NCBI GenBank assembly: GCA_035623825.1
Contig: DASPSR010000034.1
Location: 1-64,000 of the forward strand
From: Nitrospirota bacterium
Lineage (GTDB): Bacteria; Nitrospirota; UBA9217
DNA length: 64,000 nucleotides
Direction: 5' to 3'
Position numbers and translations under genes: made by a program. Within the stretch, counting starts at the first letter, position 1. Every line of letters begins with the position of its first letter. Of the stretch, positions 30,110 through 38,525 are shown piece by piece. The notes beneath the pieces are model-generated. The model ran no database searches, was not told the DNA's origin, and worked only from the letters and a program-made list of their open reading frames with translations.

Positions 30110-30862
30110 CTACCCGGCTTTCCGTGCCATTCCTTTCTCGATTTTTCCTCCGCTCAGTCTTGATTGCATGAGCTCCTGGAAATGCATCGCCAGTTCCGCA
30201 CCCTTAGCCTCGTCCTCATGTTTAAAAAATATGAAGGCCTTCTCCCATTTTTGCGAAAGGATCCTTTCCGCCCATCGCGACAGATCTGCGTCGGTATAAT
30301 CGGACCGGCGCAGGCGCAAATATCCCCACGGGGCCGTGCCAACGATCTCTTGCGCCGGGTTCTCATCAGTATCAGCGATGCATAGACTGCACCCTTTTTT
30401 ACGGAGAAGATCCGGCATGCCGGCATCGAGCCATGACAGGCTGCGGAACTCAAATGCGCAGGCCACATCATCAGGGATAATGCCGAGAAAATTTTCCAGC
30501 GCGGGTGCGTCAGCGCGAAAGCTCTTGGGGAATTGAAAAAGGACCGGCCCCAGCTTCGCTTCAAGGGTCGACAGCGACCTGATGAAATACTCGGTCTCCT
30601 CGAACACATTCCGGAGTTGCTTCAGGTGCGTAATGATCTGCGGAGCCTTGAGCGCGAACACAAAACCGCGCGGAACCTGCTCCGCCCAGGTCGCAAGCAC
30701 GCTCTCTTTCGGCATGTGATAAAATGTATTGTTGATCTCCACTGAGTTCAGACGTCCGGCATAGAATCTGAGCATGTCCTTGCCGGAGATCTTTTCAGGA
30801 TAGAAACTGCCTTTCCACTCCTTATGCGCGAATCCGCTTGTACCGACATAGATTTTCATCAT
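30110..30862 (-). CDS. DUF72 (YecE-like) protein
   Basis: IYVGTSG, W.G.FYP, VEINNTFY, KAPQIITH, LGPVLFQFP, EFR..SW, YLRLR. Confidence 0.92.
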   Translation of the reverse strand: MMKIYVGTSGFAHKEWKGSFYPEKISGKDMLRFYAGRLNSVEINNTFYHMPKESVLATWAEQVPRGFVFALKAPQIITHLKQLRNVFEETEYFIRSLSTLEAKLGPVLFQFPKSFRADAPALENFLGIIPDDVACAFEFRSLSWLDAGMPDLLRKKGCSLCIADTDENPAQEIVGTAPWGYLRLRRSDYTDADLSRWAERILSQKWEKAFIFFKHEDEAKGAELAMHFQELMQSRLSGGKIEKGMARKAG

Positions 30863-30863
30863 G

Positions 30864-32501
30864 TTATGGCCCTCCTTCATCGCTCCCGAGGGGTTTTTCA
30901 TGCACGACTTCGCGCGCGGCCTTATCCTCGCGCAACCGCATGAAAACAGGCTGCCTCATCACCGCGTCTTTGGTCCAGCCGGATAACGCGACCTCGCAGA
31001 CCAAGCTCGGCTTTACCCAGAAGACCGGGGCATTGGTCTCCGGTTGTACTTTAAAGGGGCATTCTTCTTGTATCAGGGGGTCCAATTTTCCCCGGATCTC
31101 CTTTAAATTTTTCTGAGTAAATCCGCCGCCGACATGGCCGATGTAAATGAGCTCGTCCCCTTCGAACATCCCCAGAACAAGGGAGCCGAAATATTTTCTG
31201 CCCTCTCCCGGTTCCGTGAATCCCGCGATCACGCCCTCCTGAGTGAGCCGCGTCTTCGCCTTCAGCCACTGCATGCTTCTTCTGCCGGGTTCATACGGGC
31301 TTTGCGCACGTTTGGCAATGATCCCCTCCAGCCCCTTTTCTTTGACGACCCTGTAGAACAGGACGCCCTCTTTCGCTACGTGGTCGCTCAATCGAATTCT
31401 CACGGAGGTCGGGAGGACTTTTTTCAGTAATTCCTTCCTCTTGAGCAGGGGCAGACCCGTCAAATCATGCCCCCGGAAATAGAGAAGATCGAAAACGTAG
31501 TAGAGCAAATGGCCGCTTCCGGACCCCTGGTAATGCTGCAGCGCCTGAAAATCAGGGCGTCCCTGGTCGTCAACGACAACGATTTCGCCGTCCAAGACAG
31601 CGTCAAACCCGAATGTCCGCAGGGCCTCGGCAATAGGAGAGAACTTTTTATCGAACGAAACAAGGTTCCGGGAATAAAGCGAAACGCCGCCATCCCTTAT
31701 TTCCGCGACGGCACGGTACCCGTCCCATTTGACCTCAAAGATCCAATCTGGATCATTAAACGGTTCCGTGATGGGGGTCGCGAGCATCGGTTGTATGCCA
31801 TGTGGCATTTGTTTGATTGGCGCGTCTTTCAATTCTTCGCTTTCCGCCACTTCGTAAAGATGGATCTGATTCAATTTTTTTTGTCTGAAGGATTTCGACC
31901 TTTCGGCCTCCAGCATCTCCTCCAGGGTTTTATGGGACACGACGGAACGGTTCTCTTTGAGAATATCCGCTTGGGCCTCTTTTTGATCTTTTTTCTTCAA
32001 GAGAAGCCACGACTTCCCGTCCTTGCCTGTTTTTACCAGCGCGAATTCACCCTGAAGCTTTTCCCCTTCGAGGACGAACTTCATATTCCCTTTTCTGAAG
32101 CCATCAAGGATAAGCTTCTCGCTTTCGACGGGGTCCTTGGTGGAAGGGTGACGGTAAAATCCCCTATCCCATATGATGACGCTCCCGGCGCCATAACTGC
32201 CCTCTGGGATAACGCCCTCGAAATCCTTGTACTCAAACGGATGGTCTTCGACCATGACGGCCAGCCTTTTTGAAACAGGGTCCAGTGACGGACCTCTTGG
32301 TACGGCCCAGCTCCTCAGCACTCCTTCCATCTCCAGCCTGAGATCGTAATGAAGGGCCCGGGCCGCGTGCTTATGCACAACAAAAATGAGCCGGTCCCCC
32401 TGCGGGCGCGGTTCCGGCTCCGGCGTTTTATCGAATCTCCGTTTGGATGCGTATTCCGTTAATCCCATAGTTGCCTCTTCAGGGCTCCCCGGCTTGTCCA
32501 T
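30864..32501 (-). CDS. ligD: LigD: 3'-phosphoesterase domain plus ATP-dependent ligase (no polymerase domain)
   Basis: KR.F.KTPEP, H.ARALHYDLRLE, SWAVPRGPS, EDHP..Y (PE domain); EVKWDGYR, LDGE, EGIIAK, W.K.K, OB fold; alternative start 32468. Confidence 0.93.
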   Translation of the reverse strand: MDKPGSPEEATMGLTEYASKRRFDKTPEPEPRPQGDRLIFVVHKHAARALHYDLRLEMEGVLRSWAVPRGPSLDPVSKRLAVMVEDHPFEYKDFEGVIPEGSYGAGSVIIWDRGFYRHPSTKDPVESEKLILDGFRKGNMKFVLEGEKLQGEFALVKTGKDGKSWLLLKKKDQKEAQADILKENRSVVSHKTLEEMLEAERSKSFRQKKLNQIHLYEVAESEELKDAPIKQMPHGIQPMLATPITEPFNDPDWIFEVKWDGYRAVAEIRDGGVSLYSRNLVSFDKKFSPIAEALRTFGFDAVLDGEIVVVDDQGRPDFQALQHYQGSGSGHLLYYVFDLLYFRGHDLTGLPLLKRKELLKKVLPTSVRIRLSDHVAKEGVLFYRVVKEKGLEGIIAKRAQSPYEPGRRSMQWLKAKTRLTQEGVIAGFTEPGEGRKYFGSLVLGMFEGDELIYIGHVGGGFTQKNLKEIRGKLDPLIQEECPFKVQPETNAPVFWVKPSLVCEVALSGWTKDAVMRQPVFMRLREDKAAREVVHEKPLGSDEGGP

Positions 32502-32513
32502 GATCGTATCCCG

Positions 32514-33419
32514 TCATAGATGAGGAAGCCCCTGCTCTTTCATGAGCACTTCTTGAAAAAAGTCACCCCTTTCTTCGGCCCTGATCAGAGCTGCTGAATG
32601 CGTGATCCGCAGCCACGCCGGGTCACCACTGCCGGACGGATACTCCAGTTCCCTCCATTCGAGCGGACACGAAACGAACGGTTTTTCCCCGGCGCGCAGG
32701 GAATACACGCTGACCATGGTCTTCGAAGAATCGTTCTGTGACCAGTTGATGAAAACCTTTGCATCCCTCTCTTTCTTCGCCATTCTAGCGGTCACCAGGT
32801 CCGGATAATGTTTCTGCATGACCCCGGCCACGACCTTCGAGAATGTCTTGGTGTCCTCAAAGGTAGTCTCTTTGCGGTTCAAGGGGACATAAACGTGGAG
32901 CCCTTTTTTGCCCGAGGTCTTTACGTAGCTGGCAAGCCCCATCCCGGAAAGCAGGTCGCGAAGTATCAGAGCCACTCGTACGCACTCCGGAATGCCTGCT
33001 TCATCGCCGGGATCGAGGTCGAAGACCATGGAATCGGGCGTGCCGGGGGAACCTGCCTTTGCCAGCGGGATGTGAAGTTCAACAGACGCAAGGTTCTCAA
33101 CCCATATCAGCGTTTCCAGATCATTGACCAGGCAGACCGTCATTGGTTCTGCGTGATCTTGAGGGACTTCCGCTGTTTGCACCCAGGCCGGACGGTGCTC
33201 TGGGCAGCGCTTCTCGAAAAAGAAATCTTTTTCCACTCCCTCAGGATAACGCTTCAAGGTCACCGCCCGGTCCTTTAAATGGGGCAGGATAAGCGGTCCG
33301 ATACGCCGATAGTATTCCAGGATCTGGGCCTTCGTGAACCCATAGGAAGGATAGAGATCCTTTTCAAGGTTCGATAACGGGAGTCTTCTCCCTTCCATTT
33401 CGACGAATACTCTATTCAC
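32514..33419 (-). CDS. stand-alone LigD polymerase domain (AEP primase-polymerase family)
   Basis: LSNLEK.LYP, KRYPEG..FFEK, ELH, FDLDP, KTSGKKGLHV, YSLRA. Confidence 0.9.
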   Translation of the reverse strand: MNRVFVEMEGRRLPLSNLEKDLYPSYGFTKAQILEYYRRIGPLILPHLKDRAVTLKRYPEGVEKDFFFEKRCPEHRPAWVQTAEVPQDHAEPMTVCLVNDLETLIWVENLASVELHIPLAKAGSPGTPDSMVFDLDPGDEAGIPECVRVALILRDLLSGMGLASYVKTSGKKGLHVYVPLNRKETTFEDTKTFSKVVAGVMQKHYPDLVTARMAKKERDAKVFINWSQNDSSKTMVSVYSLRAGEKPFVSCPLEWRELEYPSGSGDPAWLRITHSAALIRAEERGDFFQEVLMKEQGLPHL

Positions 33420-34201
33420 TTGCTTTCCTTCACTTTCCGCATGCTCTCCTCCAGCGCGGCGACAAGATCAGCCGGACCTTCTCCCTCTTCTTCCACAGCC
33501 GCGGGGGACACCACCGGGGCTTTCTCTTTCACCTTTGTCGCCAAGAGATCCATGAGCTTTTTCCTGCGCTTATCAGCATACTTTCCCGGATTGAAGTCCT
33601 CAGTCATGAGCTCAATGCTTTTCCTTATCCGGCCCTCCTCTTCAGCCTCAATCGTTCCTTTCTTCGGTGAAATATCCCCATCTGGCACTATTTCGTCACT
33701 GTAATGGAGCGTGATCAGTGTCAGCGCTCCGTCCCTGCTTGTGACCGCCACGAGATATTCGCGCTCAGCCAGGACAAATTTCGCGAGCCCCGCCTTGTTC
33801 GTACGGCGCATCACCTCGACCAGCAGCTGATACGCCTTTTCCCCGCCTTTTGAGGGGATCAGGTAATAGGGGTGGTCGTAATAGATGGGATCCACTTCCC
33901 CCAGATCGATGAACTCGATTATCTCGATCGTGCGGCTCCGGTCCGGAGACACGGACTCCAGTTCTTCGTCCGTCATCAGGACGTATTTATCGGGCATGAT
34001 CTCGTATCCCCTGATGATCTCATCAGGAGGCACCATTGCTTTCTCTTCCGGGCAGAACATTCTTCTCGCCAGACGAGAATAATCCCTGCTGTGGAGCAGG
34101 TGAAAAGAAACGCGTCCGGGCTCTACTGCCGTGACCAATCGCACCGGGATCGCAACCAGGCTGAAACTGATCGTCCCGCTCCATATTCCCTGAACTGCCA
34201 T
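33416..34201 (-). CDS. ku: NHEJ Ku protein (copy 1)
   Basis: IWSGTISFSLVAIPVRL, GYE, IEIIEF, YYDHPYYL.P, DLVAALEES. Confidence 0.93.
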   Translation of the reverse strand: MAVQGIWSGTISFSLVAIPVRLVTAVEPGRVSFHLLHSRDYSRLARRMFCPEEKAMVPPDEIIRGYEIMPDKYVLMTDEELESVSPDRSRTIEIIEFIDLGEVDPIYYDHPYYLIPSKGGEKAYQLLVEVMRRTNKAGLAKFVLAEREYLVAVTSRDGALTLITLHYSDEIVPDGDISPKKGTIEAEEEGRIRKSIELMTEDFNPGKYADKRRKKLMDLLATKVKEKAPVVSPAAVEEEGEGPADLVAALEESMRKVKESK

Positions 34202-34275
34202 TTTATTCCTCCTGACCCACGACGCCCTGACCCAACATTGTTCACCGAATTGGACGCCCTCCGCAGCAAATCCCC

Positions 34276-35055
34276 TCAGGCGGCTTTCTTCAGGCTCGCT
34301 TCAAGCGCCTGGAGCAACTGGCCCGGATCCGTGGGTTGTAATCGCTTCGGGGACAGGATAGCAATGTTTTCCCCACGAGCTTTTTTCTCGATCATATCCC
34401 GCAGCTTCTTCTCGTGTTCGTTCTCGAACTTTCGCGGTTCAAAAGGTGCCGTCAATTTGTCGATCAATTCGCTTCCGATCGTCATTTCCTTTTCCGACAA
34501 TACGACGTTATGCAGTCCAAGTGATGCCGCCGGAACCACTTCGTCGGCATATCTCAGCGTATTCAGGCGAAGCATTCCCCCCCAGGCCTGCAAGGCCCCA
34601 AGATAAGACCGTTTCCTCATTGTCCAGGAGCATATACCTTCCACATCCATCTCTTTCAAGGCCTTAGCGAGCGCATTATATCCATTCCCCTGAACATTCG
34701 TGAGATCTGGCTCCAGATAGTAAACACGATCGAGCAATACGGGATCGAGCTGGTCGCTCTTTACGAATTCGTGGACCTCGATCATGCGGCTGCCCTCGGG
34801 AGCGGTACGTTCGAGTTCCTCAGGGTCTATGATGATATATTTCCCGTCCTCCACTTCAAAGCCTTTGGACTGCTCATCGGCGGGCACCGGCTGTTTTTCT
34901 AGCGCGCAGATCATCTGCTGACGCAACCTCACCCGGTCTTGCTTATGAATGAGATGAAACTGGATCCGTTCTTCCCTGACCGCCGAATGCAACTTCACGG
35001 GCACATCCGTTTCCCCGAAGTGGATAGATCCTTTCCAGATAGTTGCTCCCGCCAT
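34276..35055 (-). CDS. ku: NHEJ Ku protein (copy 2)
   Basis: IWKGSIHFG...PVKL, KGFEV, IEVHEFV, YYLEP, LRYADEV, LLQALEASL; ATG 35055 after SD GAGGAGG. Confidence 0.9.
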   Translation of the reverse strand: MAGATIWKGSIHFGETDVPVKLHSAVREERIQFHLIHKQDRVRLRQQMICALEKQPVPADEQSKGFEVEDGKYIIIDPEELERTAPEGSRMIEVHEFVKSDQLDPVLLDRVYYLEPDLTNVQGNGYNALAKALKEMDVEGICSWTMRKRSYLGALQAWGGMLRLNTLRYADEVVPAASLGLHNVVLSEKEMTIGSELIDKLTAPFEPRKFENEHEKKLRDMIEKKARGENIAILSPKRLQPTDPGQLLQALEASLKKAA

Positions 35056-35250
35056 CTTCAATCCTCCTCACTCCCCGACCCTCGTTGTTTACGGAACCCA
35101 ACGCCTCCGCCAGGACATCTCGGCATGATGAACCCAAGCGTTTCCTTCGCAGGCCTCACGGCCCAAATGGTAAAACGCCCTGCAGGAAATCTTACCTTGT
35201 AGCACCGAAGCGGCTTCCCCTGCAGGAAAAAAGAGGATAATTACACTCTT
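35056..35250 (-). ncRNA. putative structured 5' leader / cis-regulatory RNA of the ku operon
   Basis: About 190 nt between a sigma70 promoter and ku, with several helices, a C(UUCG)G loop and a GNRA (GUGA) tetraloop; the 3' part recurs at 34225-34264. Confidence 0.5.
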
Positions 35251-35256
35251 GATTAA

Positions 35257-35285
35257 AGGATAGCACTGGACAGAGCGGGCGTCAA
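35257..35285 (-). promoter_or_regulatory. sigma70 promoter of the ku operon
   Basis: TTGACG-17 bp-TATCCT with extended TG. Confidence 0.6.
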
Positions 35286-35454
35286 TGATATCCTCGGTGA
35301 CTTGATGGGATTTTTGATACGAAGGTTGCAACAGGGAGGCGATTCAAGCGCGAAATTGGCGAAGAGACATGCGTAGAGCTGGATGGCGTTCAGGCACCGG
35401 TAGCTCAGGTCTGCAAAGCGCCCCCACTCCCTTCCGCATCCCTGAAGAATCAGT

Positions 35455-35958
35455 CTAAATCCTTCTGCTATCGTAGGCCCAGTGAAGCAAGGACTGTCTC
35501 TGCTTCCGTCTACAGCTCACCTTTCTCCGAGGACAGTTCTTTGTAAGCTGCGCAACATGCCTTCTGATTGCCTTCCACCGTTTGATCTGCCGTTCATCAT
35601 CGGGGCACCTTCTTCCCCGGTAATACCTGCAGTACCACTGGAACCATCCCCTTGGATCTTCTTTATAGATCCATCCCTTCGACCGCCAGACGGACAGAGG
35701 CAGCGATGCGTTGACCCGAAAATAGTTCAGTTGCGGGTCATGCCGTTCATGGCACAGCTTTGCCTTTGTATACCAGCCCGGAAATTCACGGACGCAATCT
35801 GTCATGTACTTGCCGCCGAAAACGCCCAGAGTGAGCATCTGCCTGGGGGTTAGCTCCGGCTTGAACTCGGGATGAAAGTTCCTGCCTTCAGGCTCTGTAA
35901 GATAATATACGTACCCCCGCTGCATCAAGTCGTTGACGATAACCCTCCGCTTTCTCAT
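35455..35958 (-). CDS. conserved hypothetical basic, Trp/Cys-rich protein
   Basis: GVFGGKY, NYF.V.AS..L..W..KGWI, DPRGWFQWYCRYY.GRR, RQI.RW, RQ.LLHWAYD; TATAAT 6 nt before the ATG. Confidence 0.8.
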   Translation of the reverse strand: MRKRRVIVNDLMQRGYVYYLTEPEGRNFHPEFKPELTPRQMLTLGVFGGKYMTDCVREFPGWYTKAKLCHERHDPQLNYFRVNASLPLSVWRSKGWIYKEDPRGWFQWYCRYYRGRRCPDDERQIKRWKAIRRHVAQLTKNCPRRKVSCRRKQRQSLLHWAYDSRRI

Positions 35959-36302
35959 GACATGATTATACAGCCTTTGCCCAGGAAAATCTCATGACAA
36001 GGGCGCTACCTATCATTAAGGCCGTCTCATGAGGCCGCAGTTCGCATAGATACCGAGGAATGACCTTAGATGGAGCCACAGGCGCCAACGCGCGCCCGAG
36101 CTCGAAGAAGCAGCTCGGCAAAGGGGCCCCTTCCTGCCAACCCCTTTACGGCGCCGCGTCTTCCGTCCATGTGAACTGGGGCCATCTCTTCCAAAAGATA
36201 AAACGCCGATGCGATGGCATGTGGTATAATGATTATGGCCGTGGTCATTGCCGCCACCGTGCAATCACTCAAAAAAAGCAGTCGCCCTGAAGGAGTCCTT
36301 TG

Positions 36303-36905
36303 ATGGCGAAAAGAATACTCGGCATTGTAGGCAGCTATCGCAAGAACGGTACTATCGATTCCCTCGTCACAGAGGTCCTGACCTCCGCAGAAGAGCAGGG
36401 TGCCCTGACCGAGAAGATCTATCTTCTCGACAAAAACATCGCATTTTGCACCAACTGCAGAACGTGCACGCAAAAGCCCGGGACCGAACGGGGCCTATGT
36501 GTCCATCGCGACGATATGGCCGATATTCTGGATCGATACAAATTTTCTGACGGTATCGTGCTCGGGGCTCCGGTGAACTGCTTCAACCTGAACGCCCTTA
36601 CCAGGAGATTCATGGAACGGCTCGTGTGTTTCACCTACTGGCCATGGGGACAACCGGGCTATAAGCTCCGGAATAAGGTCAAAGGCAAGAAGGCCGTTCT
36701 GATCACCTCCAGCGCCATGCCGGCGTTCATGGGAAGGATCTTTACAGGAGCTCCGCGTGCCCTCCGCGTCATCGCAGAGACGATGGGTGCCAGACCTGTC
36801 GCCATTCTCTTTTCAGGCTTGAGCGCGCAGAAGGAGGAGCCTGTCATTTCGGACAAAATGATCCGCAGAGCTCGAGAGGCAGGCCGTAAACTGGCTGCTC
36901 CTTAG
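36303..36905 (+). CDS. NADPH-dependent FMN reductase / iron-sulfur flavoprotein family
   Basis: GIVGSYRKNG, CxxCxxC..C, DDM, GAPV, FMER; SD AAGGAG. Confidence 0.88.
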   Translation: MAKRILGIVGSYRKNGTIDSLVTEVLTSAEEQGALTEKIYLLDKNIAFCTNCRTCTQKPGTERGLCVHRDDMADILDRYKFSDGIVLGAPVNCFNLNALTRRFMERLVCFTYWPWGQPGYKLRNKVKGKKAVLITSSAMPAFMGRIFTGAPRALRVIAETMGARPVAILFSGLSAQKEEPVISDKMIRRAREAGRKLAAP

Positions 36906-36944
36906 CCTTCGCCAAGATCCTTAGTGCTTGCTGACATAACCCGC

Positions 36945-37949
36945 ATGAAAACATTTGTGTATCACGACGGCGCCCTGGGCGACGTGCTCCTCTCGCTTCC
37001 CTGCATTAGGAGGCTCAAGGCCTGCTCCGGCTCGGTTTACGTGGCAGGCAGAGGGGATGTTGTCCGCTTCCTGAAGGACGTGGGGCTTGCGGACGCTGCA
37101 TCGTCGTCCGATCAATCGCTCTTTTCATCCATGCACTCGGCGCTCGATCACCGACTGCGGACATTCCTGTGCGGATTCGATCAAGCATGCGTATTCACGG
37201 CACAGGAACATTCCGCGGTGGCTGCCGCGATTCGCCATGCCATTCCCCGCTCCCGCACGATCAGAACCATCCCTCCTGATGATTCGCAGATGCACGCGGC
37301 CCAATACCGTTTCTCGCAGCTTGAACCGGCCCGCCTCCGGCTTCCCGATGAGTATGCCGTGCTGTCACTGCCCCCACAGAAGGCGGAAACAGCGAGGTCG
37401 CTGCTGCGTGAAGGGGGCTACAATCCTGAGGCAGGCTTGATCGCCGTGCATCCCGGAAGCGGGGGCAGGCAGAAATGCTGGCCGCTTGAACGGTATTTCG
37501 AGCTGATCGAACGCCTGCAGCCGGTCAACGAGGCGTTTGTGATCGTGTTCACAGGGGATGCCGAGGCCGGGGAACTCAAGAAAGCGGTTTGTCGCTATGC
37601 GCGGGGCCGGAAGAACATAATTCATGCCTCTGATCTCGATCTCATGTCCGCAGCATCCATCCTTTCGAACTGCGACCTCTACATCGGGAACGACTCGGGG
37701 TTTTCCCATCTCGCTAGCTTGCTGGGCTTTACCACAATCGTTCTCTTCGGACCTACCGATCCCTCGCTGTGGAGGCCCCTGGGACACCGCGTAGAAGTGG
37801 TCTCAACAGACACGCTCGGCCCGATGACGCAGATTACGGTGGACGAGGTAATCGAGAAGATCGAGTTAGCAATCACCGGAAACCGGCCAAAGCACGAGAG
37901 ACTTTTTCCCCCTCCCCGACAACCGCATGCATCAGCCGCTGTTGTCTAG
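36945..37949 (+). CDS. glycosyltransferase family 9
   Basis: GALGDVLL, HPGSGG..KCWP, GNDSGFSHLA, LFGPTDP..W.P. Confidence 0.88.
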   Translation: MKTFVYHDGALGDVLLSLPCIRRLKACSGSVYVAGRGDVVRFLKDVGLADAASSSDQSLFSSMHSALDHRLRTFLCGFDQACVFTAQEHSAVAAAIRHAIPRSRTIRTIPPDDSQMHAAQYRFSQLEPARLRLPDEYAVLSLPPQKAETARSLLREGGYNPEAGLIAVHPGSGGRQKCWPLERYFELIERLQPVNEAFVIVFTGDAEAGELKKAVCRYARGRKNIIHASDLDLMSAASILSNCDLYIGNDSGFSHLASLLGFTTIVLFGPTDPSLWRPLGHRVEVVSTDTLGPMTQITVDEVIEKIELAITGNRPKHERLFPPPRQPHASAAVV

Positions 37950-37995
37950 AAGATCGCGACGGCCCGATCGATAGGCTTCCCTTAGTATGATGAGG

Positions 37996-38487
37996 TCAGT
38001 CCGATGTTTTGACCGGTGCCCCTCCGCTGATGCTGAACCGTTCTATTACAGCGAGATTGGCAACGCCATTCGCCGTGAATTCCTCGATATATCGCTGCCG
38101 GAGAGGTCCTGTTAGATGTTGACGATCGACATCGCTCAGGGCGTTCAGGCGATCGATCCCGCCAACGATTTGCTCTGCATCTCGCTTCGATAATTTGTCT
38201 ATTAGTTCATCCCAGAAGAGGTGGTCTCCGAACTCATCGATCACCGCATGCACAAGGGTGTTTCTCTCAAAGTCATCGGTCAGGGCATACTTATTCGTGC
38301 CCTCGTTGTAGTTGATCAACTGGTCAAGACCTTCGCCCCTTGCGAGGGCGTAGAGCTTCTGGATGAGAGTGCGGTGCCCCTCGGTTCGCATGTCCTCATC
38401 TCTCCGATGTCCGGACATGACAACGTCGGCAATGTGCAGGATGTCCAGGAGGTCGCGGTATTCTTTTGTAGTGATCTGTATGTTCAT
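37996..38487 (-). CDS. hypothetical acidic protein
   Basis: 163-aa ORF directly downstream of qor, same strand, natural composition; no family recognised. Confidence 0.65.
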   Translation of the reverse strand: MNIQITTKEYRDLLDILHIADVVMSGHRRDEDMRTEGHRTLIQKLYALARGEGLDQLINYNEGTNKYALTDDFERNTLVHAVIDEFGDHLFWDELIDKLSKRDAEQIVGGIDRLNALSDVDRQHLTGPLRQRYIEEFTANGVANLAVIERFSISGGAPVKTSD

Positions 38488-38525
38488 AATTTTTGCCTTT
38501 CGGAGCCGGTTGCAAAGTAAGACGT

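Noticed and set aside
34236-34245. ATTGTTCAC in the ku1-ku2 spacer as a LexA box
   Set aside because: Only one good half-site, and it is better explained as part of the repeated leader motif
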